A DNA stretch of 64,000 nucleotides from Candidatus Poribacteria bacterium (lineage in GTDB: Bacteria > Poribacteria > WGA-4E > WGA-3G): NCBI GenBank assembly GCA_965197475.1, contig CBDANF010000002.1, forward strand, positions 1,433,507-1,497,506, in the 5' to 3' direction. The first letter of the stretch is position 1. The number at the start of each line of letters is the position of its first letter. Positions 32,400 through 42,315 of this stretch are shown in pieces. Position numbers and translations under genes: made by a program. The notes beneath the pieces were generated by a model. It was not told the origin of the DNA and did no database searches. It saw nothing but the letters and a program-made list of their open reading frames with translations.

Positions 32400-33605
32400 T
32401 TAGGTACGATAGTCGGCATTAATTCGGATATAATCGTAGGAATAATCACAGGTCCACATGGTTATTTCAGCATCGCCAGCGCGCAGGTCAATGGTAATCC
32501 GAACGGGATCATTGCCAAACAATTGTGTTGCTTTTTTTTCGTCGTAGCCCGCATCCATACCGTTTTTGACAAGAAGATAATCTCCGAGCAGTACGTCCAC
32601 TTGATACGGGTCAAATTCTGCGCCGGATTTTCCAATCGCCATCATAATTCGTCCCCAGTTGGCATCATTTGCAAAAACAGCAGTTTTGACCAGTGGCGAT
32701 TCTGCAACTGCACGGGCGGCTTTTTCCGCATCAATTCTATTTTTCGCACGTTTGATGACAACTTCAACAAGTTTAGTTGCGCCTTCGCCATCGCGGGCTA
32801 ACATTTTTACCAATTCGGTGCAAACAAACTGCAGCCCTTCACAAAACATTTCGTAATTTCTGCCTTTAGCTTCGGCTATTTCCGCATTTTCTGCATTCCC
32901 TGTTGCCAAAATTATCACAGTGTCATTTGTGCTGCGATCAGTGTCAATGGTTAAGAGGTTATAGGTGTTATCCACAACACGGTTCAAGGCAGACTGTAGC
33001 GTTTCACTATTGATGTGTGCATCCGTTGTTAGGTAGGACAGCATTGTCGCCATATTAGGTGCTATCATCCCCGAACCTTTGGCTATTCCGCCGATTCTTA
33101 CAGATTTACCACCAATTTCTATTTCAACAGCGGTAGACTTCGGATGTGTATCGGTCGTCATAATGGCTTCTGCGGCATCGCTCCCACCATCAACATTGAG
33201 TGCATCAGCGGCAAGCTGAATCCCGTTCTCAATTTTATCCATCGGCAATTGCTGTCCGATAACACCGGTAGAAGATACGAGGACAAGATTTTCATCTATG
33301 CCGAGTTGGTCAGCTGTTGCTGTAGTCATACGTTGTGCGTTTGCCATGCCGAGGTCACCTGTGCATGCGTTGGCGTTCCCGCTATTGATTATAATTGCTT
33401 GTGCTGTTGGATCGCTAAGATTTCGGTGACAAACAAGGACAGGTGCGGCGGTAATGCTGTTTTTAGTGAAAACACCGGCAGCAGCCGCTGACGCATCAGT
33501 AGCGATGAGTGCTAAATCTTTTGATCCTGCCATTTTGATACCAGCGTGAACGCCCGCAGCTCGCACACCTGGAACAGCGGTAATTCCGCCATCTATCTGT
33601 TTCAT
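32400..33605 (-). CDS. argJ: Glutamate N-acetyltransferase / ornithine acetyltransferase
   Basis: NSGNANACTG, STGVIG, IMTTDT, KGSGMIAPNMATML and DGEGATK motifs. Confidence 0.97.
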   Translation of the reverse strand: MKQIDGGITAVPGVRAAGVHAGIKMAGSKDLALIATDASAAAAGVFTKNSITAAPVLVCHRNLSDPTAQAIIINSGNANACTGDLGMANAQRMTTATADQLGIDENLVLVSSTGVIGQQLPMDKIENGIQLAADALNVDGGSDAAEAIMTTDTHPKSTAVEIEIGGKSVRIGGIAKGSGMIAPNMATMLSYLTTDAHINSETLQSALNRVVDNTYNLLTIDTDRSTNDTVIILATGNAENAEIAEAKGRNYEMFCEGLQFVCTELVKMLARDGEGATKLVEVVIKRAKNRIDAEKAARAVAESPLVKTAVFANDANWGRIMMAIGKSGAEFDPYQVDVLLGDYLLVKNGMDAGYDEKKATQLFGNDPVRITIDLRAGDAEITMWTCDYSYDYIRINADYRT

Positions 33606-33751
33606 TAAACGCTCCTAAAAGACAGTGTGTGATGAATTCTAATATATCTTGATGCAATTGTCAAGATTTTTGCATCAAGTGAACAATACTTGACATTTGG
33701 ATAAAAATACGTAAAATAGACATAGCAATTTTGAATGGCGGAGGAGAAAAT

Positions 33752-34747
33752 ATGGCAAAGATACGGATGGCACAATATGGAACTAAGCACGGACATGCAC
33801 GCGGCAAACTGCAAGCGATGCTCGTGAACCCCGATGTAGAGGTTGCAGGCGTATTTGAACCTGATGAAGATCGGCGCGCAAAACTTCAAGCTAATGGCAG
33901 TTGGTCTAATGATGTCCACTGGTTTGCAGATGCAGTGGAGATGTTAGAAGATAAATCGATTGTAGCGATTGCTTCTGAGGGTAATAACGCTGAAAGTTTA
34001 GATCAGACAGAGGAGATTGTGAATGCGGGTAAACACGTTTGGTACGATAAGCCCGCAGGTGAAAACTGGGAGCAGTGGCAACGCGTTATTAGGACAGCAC
34101 AGGAAAAATCACTGTTGGTCCAGTTGGGATATATGCTGCGGTATCATTCCAGTTTTAAACAAGTGACCGAGTGGGCAAGATCGAGATTTTTGGGGAACGT
34201 GTTTTCAGTTCGGGCACACATGTCAACCAATGTATCCGAGGAAGCACGTACGCGGATTAGCCAACACATTGGCGGAATCTTTTTTGACTTAGGTGGACAT
34301 GTGCTTGATCAAATTGTGTGGATGCTGGGAAGGGCTGAGAAGGTCACTAGTTTTCTGCGCAACGATGGTGGATCAGTGGAACCTTTCAGAGATAATACGC
34401 TCACTGTGTATGAGTTTGAAAAAGGGATGGCGTTTATCTCGATTTCTGCGTTGGAACCGCGTCCGATGGCGCGGCGTTTTGAGGTGTATGGCACTGAGGG
34501 AAGTGCTATCATCGTTGAACCGTTTGAACCGGGACATACGATCCGACTCTGTTTACAAAATGCTAAGGAGGGATATTCACAAGGTGAACAGATTGTTAAG
34601 ATAGCAGGGGAGAGTCGTCAACGATTGTATGAGTTGGAACTGGATGCGTTTTTGGCGACTATCGCGGGAGAGCAACCCCCTGATCGACCAGTGTCACACG
34701 AATTATTGGTGCAGGAGACACTGTTGCGTGCAACGGGTGTTATTTGA
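33752..34747 (+). CDS. Gfo/Idh/MocA-family oxidoreductase
   Basis: AGKHVWYDKP and GGIFFDLGGH motifs; GGAGGAG RBS before ATG 33752. Confidence 0.88.
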   Translation: MAKIRMAQYGTKHGHARGKLQAMLVNPDVEVAGVFEPDEDRRAKLQANGSWSNDVHWFADAVEMLEDKSIVAIASEGNNAESLDQTEEIVNAGKHVWYDKPAGENWEQWQRVIRTAQEKSLLVQLGYMLRYHSSFKQVTEWARSRFLGNVFSVRAHMSTNVSEEARTRISQHIGGIFFDLGGHVLDQIVWMLGRAEKVTSFLRNDGGSVEPFRDNTLTVYEFEKGMAFISISALEPRPMARRFEVYGTEGSAIIVEPFEPGHTIRLCLQNAKEGYSQGEQIVKIAGESRQRLYELELDAFLATIAGEQPPDRPVSHELLVQETLLRATGVI

Positions 34748-34750
34748 AAT

Positions 34751-34935
34751 TATAGTAAATCTAAAATATGTGAACACCCTGGTAGGTGCGGTTTCCTAAC
34801 CGCACTATTTACCCACAGCGTATAGATAATTATGGTTTTACTATAAGATTCATATTACTGTAGTGTGAGGTCCCTGTGCCTCACAAGTCCAGTGGGCAGA
34901 AAATAGGGCAGGCACAAAGACCCACCCTACAATGG
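34751..34935. repeat. REP/MITE cluster
   Basis: tatagtaaatctaaaatatgtgaacacc...gtaggtgcggtttcctaaccgcac...tttactata, related to 57365-57440 and 59791-59820; followed by GTAG/CTAC-ended palindromes. Confidence 0.6.
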
Positions 34936-34956
34936 AGGATGGGAAATTGGTATCGA

Positions 34957-35622
34957 TTAATCTTCCAAGCCGCCTGTCCATTTGAGGCACCCTGCGATGT
35001 GTTCGTGGAACCAAGGTTGACTCCATAGTGCATCAGGATGACCAAATGCAGTATACATTACGCGTCCCTTGCCGTAGGTATGGCACCAACCGAGCGCGTA
35101 ATCGTTATCATCGCGGTTGCCGCGTGACACATCAATTGAATCGTTGTCTAAACGCATTAGGACATGCGTCTTTTCACGAGACCAACTTTTGAAAGTGTAG
35201 ATTTCATCAACAACCTTGAAACTGTCGCCAAGCATCCGAGTCGCAGGGTGGTCGGTATCTTCAACGATGACGTTGACCTCTTCGTGCCACGGATGTCCGT
35301 TGAAATAGCCACCGAGCATTTCTCCAAATTCTGGCCAATCGTAACAGGTATCGGTAGCATTGTGAATCCCGAAGAAGCCTTTTCCGTTTCGGACAAAGTT
35401 GAGTAACGCTTCTTTTTGGGAATCATCAAACGGTAAATTTCCGGTTGTTGCGAACGCAACGATATCCTGTTTTGCTAAATTATCTTCCGTGATTCTATCG
35501 CAGCGATGGGTTGTGGTAACCCTCCAACCGTTTGCTGTACCAATCTCTTTCAGCGTGACTTCTGCATTCGGTAAGTAACTATGCTCAAAGCCTGCAGAAT
35601 GACATAACATCAGAATGTTCAT
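34957..35622 (-). CDS. ThuA-like (class I glutamine amidotransferase-like) domain protein
   Basis: SAGFEHS, GKGFFGIHNATD, GGYFNGHPW and GKGRVMYTAFGH motifs. Confidence 0.88.
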   Translation of the reverse strand: MNILMLCHSAGFEHSYLPNAEVTLKEIGTANGWRVTTTHRCDRITEDNLAKQDIVAFATTGNLPFDDSQKEALLNFVRNGKGFFGIHNATDTCYDWPEFGEMLGGYFNGHPWHEEVNVIVEDTDHPATRMLGDSFKVVDEIYTFKSWSREKTHVLMRLDNDSIDVSRGNRDDNDYALGWCHTYGKGRVMYTAFGHPDALWSQPWFHEHIAGCLKWTGGLED

Positions 35623-35800
35623 TGTTTTTCCTTTCAGAACTTGCAATTTGTTGGATATTATACAGGATTTTTTGAAAAAATGGTAGTATTTTTGGTGTGC
35701 TATATATTCTGCTACAACAAACTTTCAGTAAAAAGATTGGCAATTCAGTGATTTTTATGGCATTATTATGTAAAGAGACTTTGGAGAAGGAGAAGAAACA

Positions 35801-36745
35801 TTGAAATTTTTTAAAAAAGGTGAAAAAGATATAGAAAAACCTAAATCTACAACACAATCACATCCTGAACTGCAAGTAATCAGTGGTTCTGAAATTTCTG
35901 GCACACGCGCGCAACAGCCGAATCCGCAGCAACAAGCACCGCAACAGAACATTACGTTGCCAAATATAAAGTATAAAATTGCAGTGGCGAGCGGAAAAGG
36001 AGGTGTCGGTAAGTCGACCGTTGCTACGAATTTGGCGATCTCTCTGGCGAAAGCAGGTGCCGCAGTCGGATTGATGGACGCTGATGCTTATGGACCCAGC
36101 ATACCTACAATGATGGGTGTTCAGGAGAACCCTCGCACAAGTCCAGAACGAAAACTGATTCCTCTTGTGCGACACGATATTAAACTCATGTCAATTGGGT
36201 TTATGGTGCCTGAAGAACAAGCGATGATCTGGCGTGGACCGATGCTGCACAGTGCTATCCGTCAATTTCTGAGCGATGTGGATTGGGGTGAACTGGATTA
36301 CCTCATCATTGATCTACCACCCGGCACTGGAGATGTGGCATTAACCTTAACGCAGGCGATTCCACTTACAGGTACGGTTATTGTAACGACACCACAAGAT
36401 GTCGCGTTGGCAGATGTGCGACGTGGGGTTGCTATGTTTGAACGTCTCGGCGTGCCGATTCTCGGCATTATTGAGAATATGAGCTACTTTCTCTGTCCAC
36501 ATTGTAATGAGAAAACAGAGATTTTCAGAGCGGATGGTGGTAAAAATACGAGCGAACGGTTCGGTGTTGCGTTTTTGGGAGAGATTCCGCTTGACGCTGA
36601 AGTTTGCACGGCAGGGGATATTGGCGTACCGATCGTCGCAGGACATCCGGAGTCACCACAATCTGCTGCGTTCGGGGCAGTTGCTATAGAATTAGATAAA
36701 GTGTTAGCGGAGAGTAGAGAAGAGGATGAATTGACTATTCTTTAG
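35801..36745 (+). CDS. apbC: Mrp/NBP35 Fe-S cluster carrier ATPase
   Basis: SGKGGVGKST, DADAYGPS, WRGPM, DLPPGTGD and ENMSYFLCPHC motifs. Confidence 0.93.
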   Translation: MKFFKKGEKDIEKPKSTTQSHPELQVISGSEISGTRAQQPNPQQQAPQQNITLPNIKYKIAVASGKGGVGKSTVATNLAISLAKAGAAVGLMDADAYGPSIPTMMGVQENPRTSPERKLIPLVRHDIKLMSIGFMVPEEQAMIWRGPMLHSAIRQFLSDVDWGELDYLIIDLPPGTGDVALTLTQAIPLTGTVIVTTPQDVALADVRRGVAMFERLGVPILGIIENMSYFLCPHCNEKTEIFRADGGKNTSERFGVAFLGEIPLDAEVCTAGDIGVPIVAGHPESPQSAAFGAVAIELDKVLAESREEDELTIL

Positions 36746-36770
36746 ATGGAACACATCTTTACAAACGTTT

Positions 36771-36797
36771 AAACCGTTGCTCTAATCAACGGTTTTT
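36771..36797. terminator. Terminator between convergent genes
   Basis: aaaccgttg / caacggttttt hairpin. Confidence 0.6.
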
Positions 36798-36837
36798 CTA
36801 TTTAAGGGTATTCAATTATGAAGAATATCTGTGAAAG

Positions 36838-37332
36838 TCAAATAGCATTTGAATCTTCGTCTATAAGTTGTATGTCCATCACATCAGCAATAAGGCGTAT
36901 TGCATGCTGGAGTAGGTCTCCTCCTTTGGTGAGGTCTTGGGTCGGTATTTTTCCAAGATTGTGATTTAAATCTTCAAGTGGCGTGAGTCCGAAATTCTCC
37001 ATACCTTCAAGCATCCCCTCAAGATATCCCAGCCCTGGCATTTCCAAGTCTCGTACATCATCAAGCATTCGGTAAAACATGATGTCCTCTGTGTAGTATT
37101 TTTCATATAAGGTCGGATACCCCTCATATCTGTCAAGGGATTTCTCATCTTTTTCAGAGATTTCCCAGAGACCGCCTTTCACGGATTTGCCTTGCACAGG
37201 AGTTATATCGGCGTAGAAGCGAAAGACAAGTTGATATCCTTGCAGTGTATACGCACCGAGAGGTTGTGCGGTGGGACATCGCCACTGCATGTGCTTGATA
37301 TTGAGATTTGATCCATAGGCGAAGTATTTCAT
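36838..37332 (-). CDS. Gamma-glutamylcyclotransferase-like (AIG2) protein
   Basis: YFAYGSNL..M..RCP and LDRYEGYP..Y motifs. Confidence 0.88.
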   Translation of the reverse strand: MKYFAYGSNLNIKHMQWRCPTAQPLGAYTLQGYQLVFRFYADITPVQGKSVKGGLWEISEKDEKSLDRYEGYPTLYEKYYTEDIMFYRMLDDVRDLEMPGLGYLEGMLEGMENFGLTPLEDLNHNLGKIPTQDLTKGGDLLQHAIRLIADVMDIQLIDEDSNAI

Positions 37333-37460
37333 GGTCAGGAATTAATTTCTGAACCAGAATTAAGGGTCAAAACGGAGCAATTCGTTTTCAAAATCAGTTA
37401 TCAGTTGAGAATATTTTACATGAGATAAAATCTTTCTAACTGATAACTGATTATATGTTT

Positions 37461-38129
37461 CTAAAATAACAGAGATAAAACAGAAGATTCTTGACGTGGA
37501 TCGTCATCGTTTTTTTCAGCAGTTTTATATCCGAAAATTTCAATTTCACCTATTTCGGCAGAGGCAATGCGTTTGGTGGGACCACCTGTCCCACTACCTG
37601 AGCCTCACGAGGAGCCGCTTGAAAGATTGCAGAGTTGTGCTGCGAGATCAACTTCGTTCCGTGTAAAAGAAGCATCGTCTGTCGTTCCTAAAACGACAAG
37701 ACGGATACGATCCGTAGGAAATGAGTATAAAATCGGAATGACAATCTTACCGGAATTGGCATTTTGTTCCTCTTTTATCAAATTCCAGTCCGTCCCTGAG
37801 ATTGGACTGCCTCCTTTATCTGCATAAAGTTTAAATTTCTTGATATTATCTGAGTGAATAACGATCTTTCGGATTATCTTTTTTTCTGGTAAGGTAATGA
37901 CAACTTCAGGTAGGGAATTTTTGCCTGAGAGACTATTAGCAGAATTCGTTGAACTTGTTTTACCTACGGTACTGATATCACCGTCAATCATTTGTGGGTT
38001 GGTTGCTTGAGTGCCATCAAGGAGCGTGTAGTTATCGCTCCATTCTTGTTGTGAAAGTAGGGCACTACAACCTGCCATAATTACAACAAAGCAGACGAGT
38101 GAAATGATAAGGGCGAATCTGTAAATCAT
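37461..38129 (-). CDS. Lipoprotein with a discoidin-like fold and an in-frame TGA (candidate selenoprotein, 222 aa)
   Basis: MAGC lipobox; TGA at 37605-37607 followed in frame by GSGSGTGGPTKRIASAEIGEIEIFGYK... to TAG 37461-37463; hairpin 10 nt after the TGA. Confidence 0.7.
37576..37594 (-). promoter_or_regulatory. Candidate bacterial SECIS element
   Basis: GTGGGAC-AGGTG-GTCCCAC, a perfect 7-bp stem with a GGU-containing loop, starting 10 nt after the UGA. Confidence 0.6.
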
Positions 38130-38204
38130 TTGTAACTCCTTATTGCGCGCGAATTTAGTATGAGTATTCTTCTTCTGTGAAGATATACAGTTTTACCTCT
38201 CCAT

Positions 38205-38351
38205 TTGTTATATACTATATATTAACAAATTTTAATATGTATGTCAAGAAAAATTGTTATATACTATATATTAACAAATTTTAATATGTATGTCAAGAAA
38301 AATTGTTATATACTATATATTAACAAATTTTAATATGTATGTCAAGAAAAA
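38205..38351 (-). repeat. Perfect 49-bp x3 tandem repeat, each unit a sigma70-like promoter
   Basis: Units start at 38205, 38254 and 38303; the minus strand reads TTGACA-17 bp-TAATAT with a TGn extension. Confidence 0.85.
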
Positions 38352-38630
38352 GATAAGGTTATTTAGTTTTAGGTTTTCAGAATGCAGCATTGGGACTTAG
38401 CGCGCTATATTTCGCGTAAATCTGGGTTACAAACCCCTCCCACAAGAGAGGTGATCCGTAGGTTGGGTAAGCACAAGGAACCCAACAAACCGACCGCCGA
38501 TAGCCGACCATCGACAGACACAGCTACTTATAGTTTGTATCAAATGACCCCATGAGTTATACTATTAGTATTCGTTAAACTAACGAGTAGATGTCCTCGG
38601 ATCCCCGATAATCTATTCATGGAGGTCGAT

Positions 38631-39488
38631 ATGAACCGCAAGAAGGATACCGCTTACGGTATCACTCGGCTCGAATCCAAGAATGCCAGAGCCGCGATTA
38701 TTCAGAAGATTTCAGCAGACTTTAATCTCATGCCTCTCGTTGCTGAAGCCTACTATAAACAGATTTCTACCTACTTTGAACAACACGCCGATGTGCAACT
38801 CACATCAGGGCAAATCTGCTACGAGGCAGTCGCCGCTGAGGAACCCGCAGGCAAACACATCGCTTTAGCGAAAAAAGTCTCCTGTCGACTCAAACTCAAC
38901 GATGTTGAAGCCGACCTTGAAGTTTTAGCGACTTATGGGCTCGCAGGTCTCAGACGGCATCGGATCCTCCGATTGACCCAAGAAGCTTATGACCAAGAAG
39001 CCTTGCTGAGTTATGAGGATTTGGCGGTGTTATTAACCACCAGTCCTGCCACCGTCAAACGCGACATCCGAGCGTTGAAGCAGTCCGGCTATTTCGTGAT
39101 GACGCGCGGGGCGAAACACGACATAGGCCCGGGACTGTCTCATAAGACGCAGATTCTTGAGTTGTCCTTCAAAGCATACACCTTCACCGAGATTGAGCAA
39201 AAGACGAACCACTCCGAACGGGCCGTCTACCGCTACTTGAGGGACTTCACACAAGTCGCCACGCTCCATTATCAAGGTTTTCCTAACGCACAGATACGCC
39301 TGATCACCCATCTCTCTGACCGGTTGATCCGCGAGTATCTCTCACTCTATGAGGAATACCAACACACCGATCGCATGACCCAACTCCTTCACCCAGAACC
39401 CGTGGAGAAAAAAAGGAGGAACTCTGATGAGCAAACCTTTGACGCGCACGCAAATCAACGAGAAGAAGTTCAGACGCATCAACGATAA
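38631..39488 (+). CDS. DUF1670-like HTH protein 1
   Basis: RLTQEAYDQEALLSYEDLAVLLTTSPATVKRDI...TRGAKHDIGPGLSHK...TNHSERAVYRYLRDF; GGAGG before ATG 38631. Confidence 0.8.
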   Translation: MNRKKDTAYGITRLESKNARAAIIQKISADFNLMPLVAEAYYKQISTYFEQHADVQLTSGQICYEAVAAEEPAGKHIALAKKVSCRLKLNDVEADLEVLATYGLAGLRRHRILRLTQEAYDQEALLSYEDLAVLLTTSPATVKRDIRALKQSGYFVMTRGAKHDIGPGLSHKTQILELSFKAYTFTEIEQKTNHSERAVYRYLRDFTQVATLHYQGFPNAQIRLITHLSDRLIREYLSLYEEYQHTDRMTQLLHPEPVEKKRRNSDEQTFDAHANQREEVQTHQR

Positions 39489-40311
39489 ATCGCTACGACA
39501 GTTGCTGATCCACCGCTTTCTCAATGACTATGGTTATGACAAAGGCGAAGTCACTGCCACCGCCATTGTTGATGATATTCTTAAGACCGTTGAAGACTAT
39601 TTCGTGATTACCCTTCCTTTGGAGAAACTCGCCACCGGCGATCAACTCCCGGATGAGCGTTTCTTGAGTTATGGACAACTCGTTTGGATGGCCGTCCCTA
39701 TTGAAGAGCATCCAGAAAGAGGAAAGTCCATCGTCAAAACCCGCATGAAACCCGTCATCCTGACTTACCTCGCCGCAGAGGATATTGAATCCTTTCGCAA
39801 CGGTTTCACCTCCCGGCAATTGCGGATCAATCGCTTGGTCCGCTGGTGTCATCAAGCTTATGACCAAGGGGCATTATTGACCCAACTCGACTTGGCAGTT
39901 TTGCTCAATGTCTGCGATGCCGTTGTCTGTGATTATGTTAATGAATGGCAAAAAACCACTGGAGAACTCTTGCCCACCCGTGGCAATATCCATGACTTAT
40001 CGGGGGCTATTACCCATAAGAAAGAGATCATAACCCTCTATCTTCAAGGACATCTCACCCCCAGGATTGCCGCAAAGACCAAACACTCTAAGGAGGCAGT
40101 TGATAGATACATTCGCGATTATGAGAGCGTCAAAGTCGTTCGGAAAGCAACCACAGATATTGATAAAATCTCACAGATTACACGACTTTCTAAACGCGTC
40201 ATCTCTCAATATCTCGACCTCATACCGCAGCACCAACTCCAAGCCATAGATGCAGACCTTGCCAATTCAGACTCAAACGATGAAGCCACTCACCAAGGAG
40301 AAGCCCAATGA
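39427..40311 (+). CDS. DUF1670-like HTH protein 2
   Basis: QAYDQGALLTQLDLAVLL...PTRGNIHDLSGAITHK...TKHSKEAVDRYIRDY; paralogous to protein 1; AGGAGG RBS. Confidence 0.8.
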   Translation: MSKPLTRTQINEKKFRRINDKSLRQLLIHRFLNDYGYDKGEVTATAIVDDILKTVEDYFVITLPLEKLATGDQLPDERFLSYGQLVWMAVPIEEHPERGKSIVKTRMKPVILTYLAAEDIESFRNGFTSRQLRINRLVRWCHQAYDQGALLTQLDLAVLLNVCDAVVCDYVNEWQKTTGELLPTRGNIHDLSGAITHKKEIITLYLQGHLTPRIAAKTKHSKEAVDRYIRDYESVKVVRKATTDIDKISQITRLSKRVISQYLDLIPQHQLQAIDADLANSDSNDEATHQGEAQ

Positions 40312-42315
40312 GACCCTAATCCTATGTTCCCGACGAACTTTACTTCGCAAAACCGGGGCAGGTGCCTTGAAAATATGGTTGACAACCGCTACTGGTTTTG
40401 CTATACTTTAGACACGTTTATCGCTAAACGCATCATTTCTCAAAGAGGATGCTCGCGATCCCAACGCAACCCACTCATTAATGATCGCTGGGAAGCCAAT
40501 AAACATCAACCTTCCAGATATCCTATGGTCATTTGATACTATTTTCTTATTAGCATTTTTCTGGTAGCAGTGAACTTGCCTGCGGTTAACGTATAGAAAT
40601 AGACACCACTCGCAACAGGTTCACTGAGCGCGTTCCTGCCATCCCAATGCGCCGCACGGCTACGCTGATGATAGATGCCAACAGGTTGATGTCCTAAATC
40701 TAACATCCGAACCAGCTTACCATCCGCAGTATAGATTGAGATACGCACATCAGCAGGCGTTGATAGTTGATAAGGTATCCACGTCTCAGGGTTGAAGGGA
40801 TTGGGATAGTTTGGCAAGAGTGCCGTTGTTTTCGGTGTCAACGCCTTCAAAAGATTTTCCAGAAAGAGGATACCGCGCTGAAAAGCAGAGTCAGCTAAGT
40901 TGAGCTGCCGCGCTTCTTTTAGCCATACGGCGACCGTTGCCCGTGTTGGCATATCATTCGATTGATGCTCCATAAGGCAGGCGCAGCAGCATCCGCATTC
41001 CCGATAGCAGCTGCTATCAGTGCCAAATCAACGATATTGACAAAACCGTCTCCGTTGACATTCGCAGCATCCCCACCAGCTTTGCCGAAGTTAGACGCAA
41101 CAAGGGTCAGGTCGGTTATATCAACAACGCCATCATCGTTCACATCTTCGGGGATGTCTGGCGGTTCGGAAATCTCTGCGAAGGCAATTTGTGGCACCTC
41201 ACGCACGCCGCTCCTATCGGTAAGCAACACGTTAGATAGGCGCACGGTGGAGTCTTTCACAGCAACAACTTCAAAGGTAATAGTCGCAAGCGTGCCATCC
41301 TCGTCTATTTCTTGTGCGTAAGCCACTGCCCCAATCTCCACAGTATTGCCATCAATGATCGGCGGCACAGTGAACGAAGTGGCAGGCAGAAAATCGCCAT
41401 TTGCACTGCCAACATAACGGAGCGCGGTGGTATCGTAATGCACAGTTGCTTGATACCCAGCAACATTCTGACCGCCAACGATACTCAGAGATAACGTGAA
41501 CTGTTCACCAACATCAGCCACCTCCACATTGGCAGGTGTAAGGCTAACTATGGTGTTTGATAGCATCGTAAGTGCGATGTCCCACAAGAGGATAGTGCCA
41601 TCAGAACTGCTACTCGCGAGTGTGCTTCCATCCGCACTGAACGCAACGTCGTTGACCCAACTCTTATGTCCAGTGAGTGTGCGCCGAACCGTCCCGCTGA
41701 AAACATCCCACAAGAGGATAGTGCCGTCCTCGCTGCTACTCGCCAACGTATCACCATTCGGATTGAACGCAACGCCTCTCACCGTATCCGTATGTGCTGT
41801 AAGCACTTTCAACACCGTCCCACTTTCCACATCCCATATACGGATGCTTTCGTCCGCGTTGGCACTGGCGATTCGCTTGCCATCCGGACTGAACACGACG
41901 CTATAGACACCATCAGTACCCTCTGTAAACACCTTAAGATGTTCTCCGTTTTCCACATCCCAAAAACGGATAGTGCCGTCAGTGCTGGTGGTAGCGATTG
42001 TTTTGCTATCCGGACTGAATATCATATTGTCGGGCGAACGCGTATGCTCTGTCGGCAGGAACGAGGGCCATTGCCTTCCGAGGGGTGGAAGTTCAAACAC
42101 TTTGATATCCTGCACCCTCAAACCGGTTTTCAGATCAAATACAACGATGTATGAGTTTATAAAGTCCCTTATCGCCGCGATCTTTGTGCCATCCGGACTG
42201 AACACGACGCTATTGACACTCCCTATGTAGCCCGTTATGAGGGTATGCACCTCCATGCCTGTGTTTGCATCCCATAGACGCAAAGTACCGTCAAGGCTAC
42301 CACTTGCGACTAATA

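Larger units (their letters stand above)
38533..40539 (+). mobile_element. Putative IS-like element carrying two DUF1670-like genes
   Basis: 13-bp perfect inverted repeats gtatcaaatgacc (38537-38549) / ggtcatttgatac (40527-40539); TA just outside each proposed end. Confidence 0.6.

Noticed and set aside
38205-38351. CRISPR array
   Set aside because: The units are contiguous and identical with no spacers, and no cas genes are present
39405-39430. Programmed -1 frameshift fusing the two DUF1670-like ORFs at A7G
   Set aside because: ORF2 is in the +1 frame relative to ORF1 and has its own AGGAGG RBS and ATG
40324-40536. 70-aa third ORF inside the DUF1670 element
   Set aside because: No clear RBS or motif, and it runs into the terminal repeat; treated as probably non-coding
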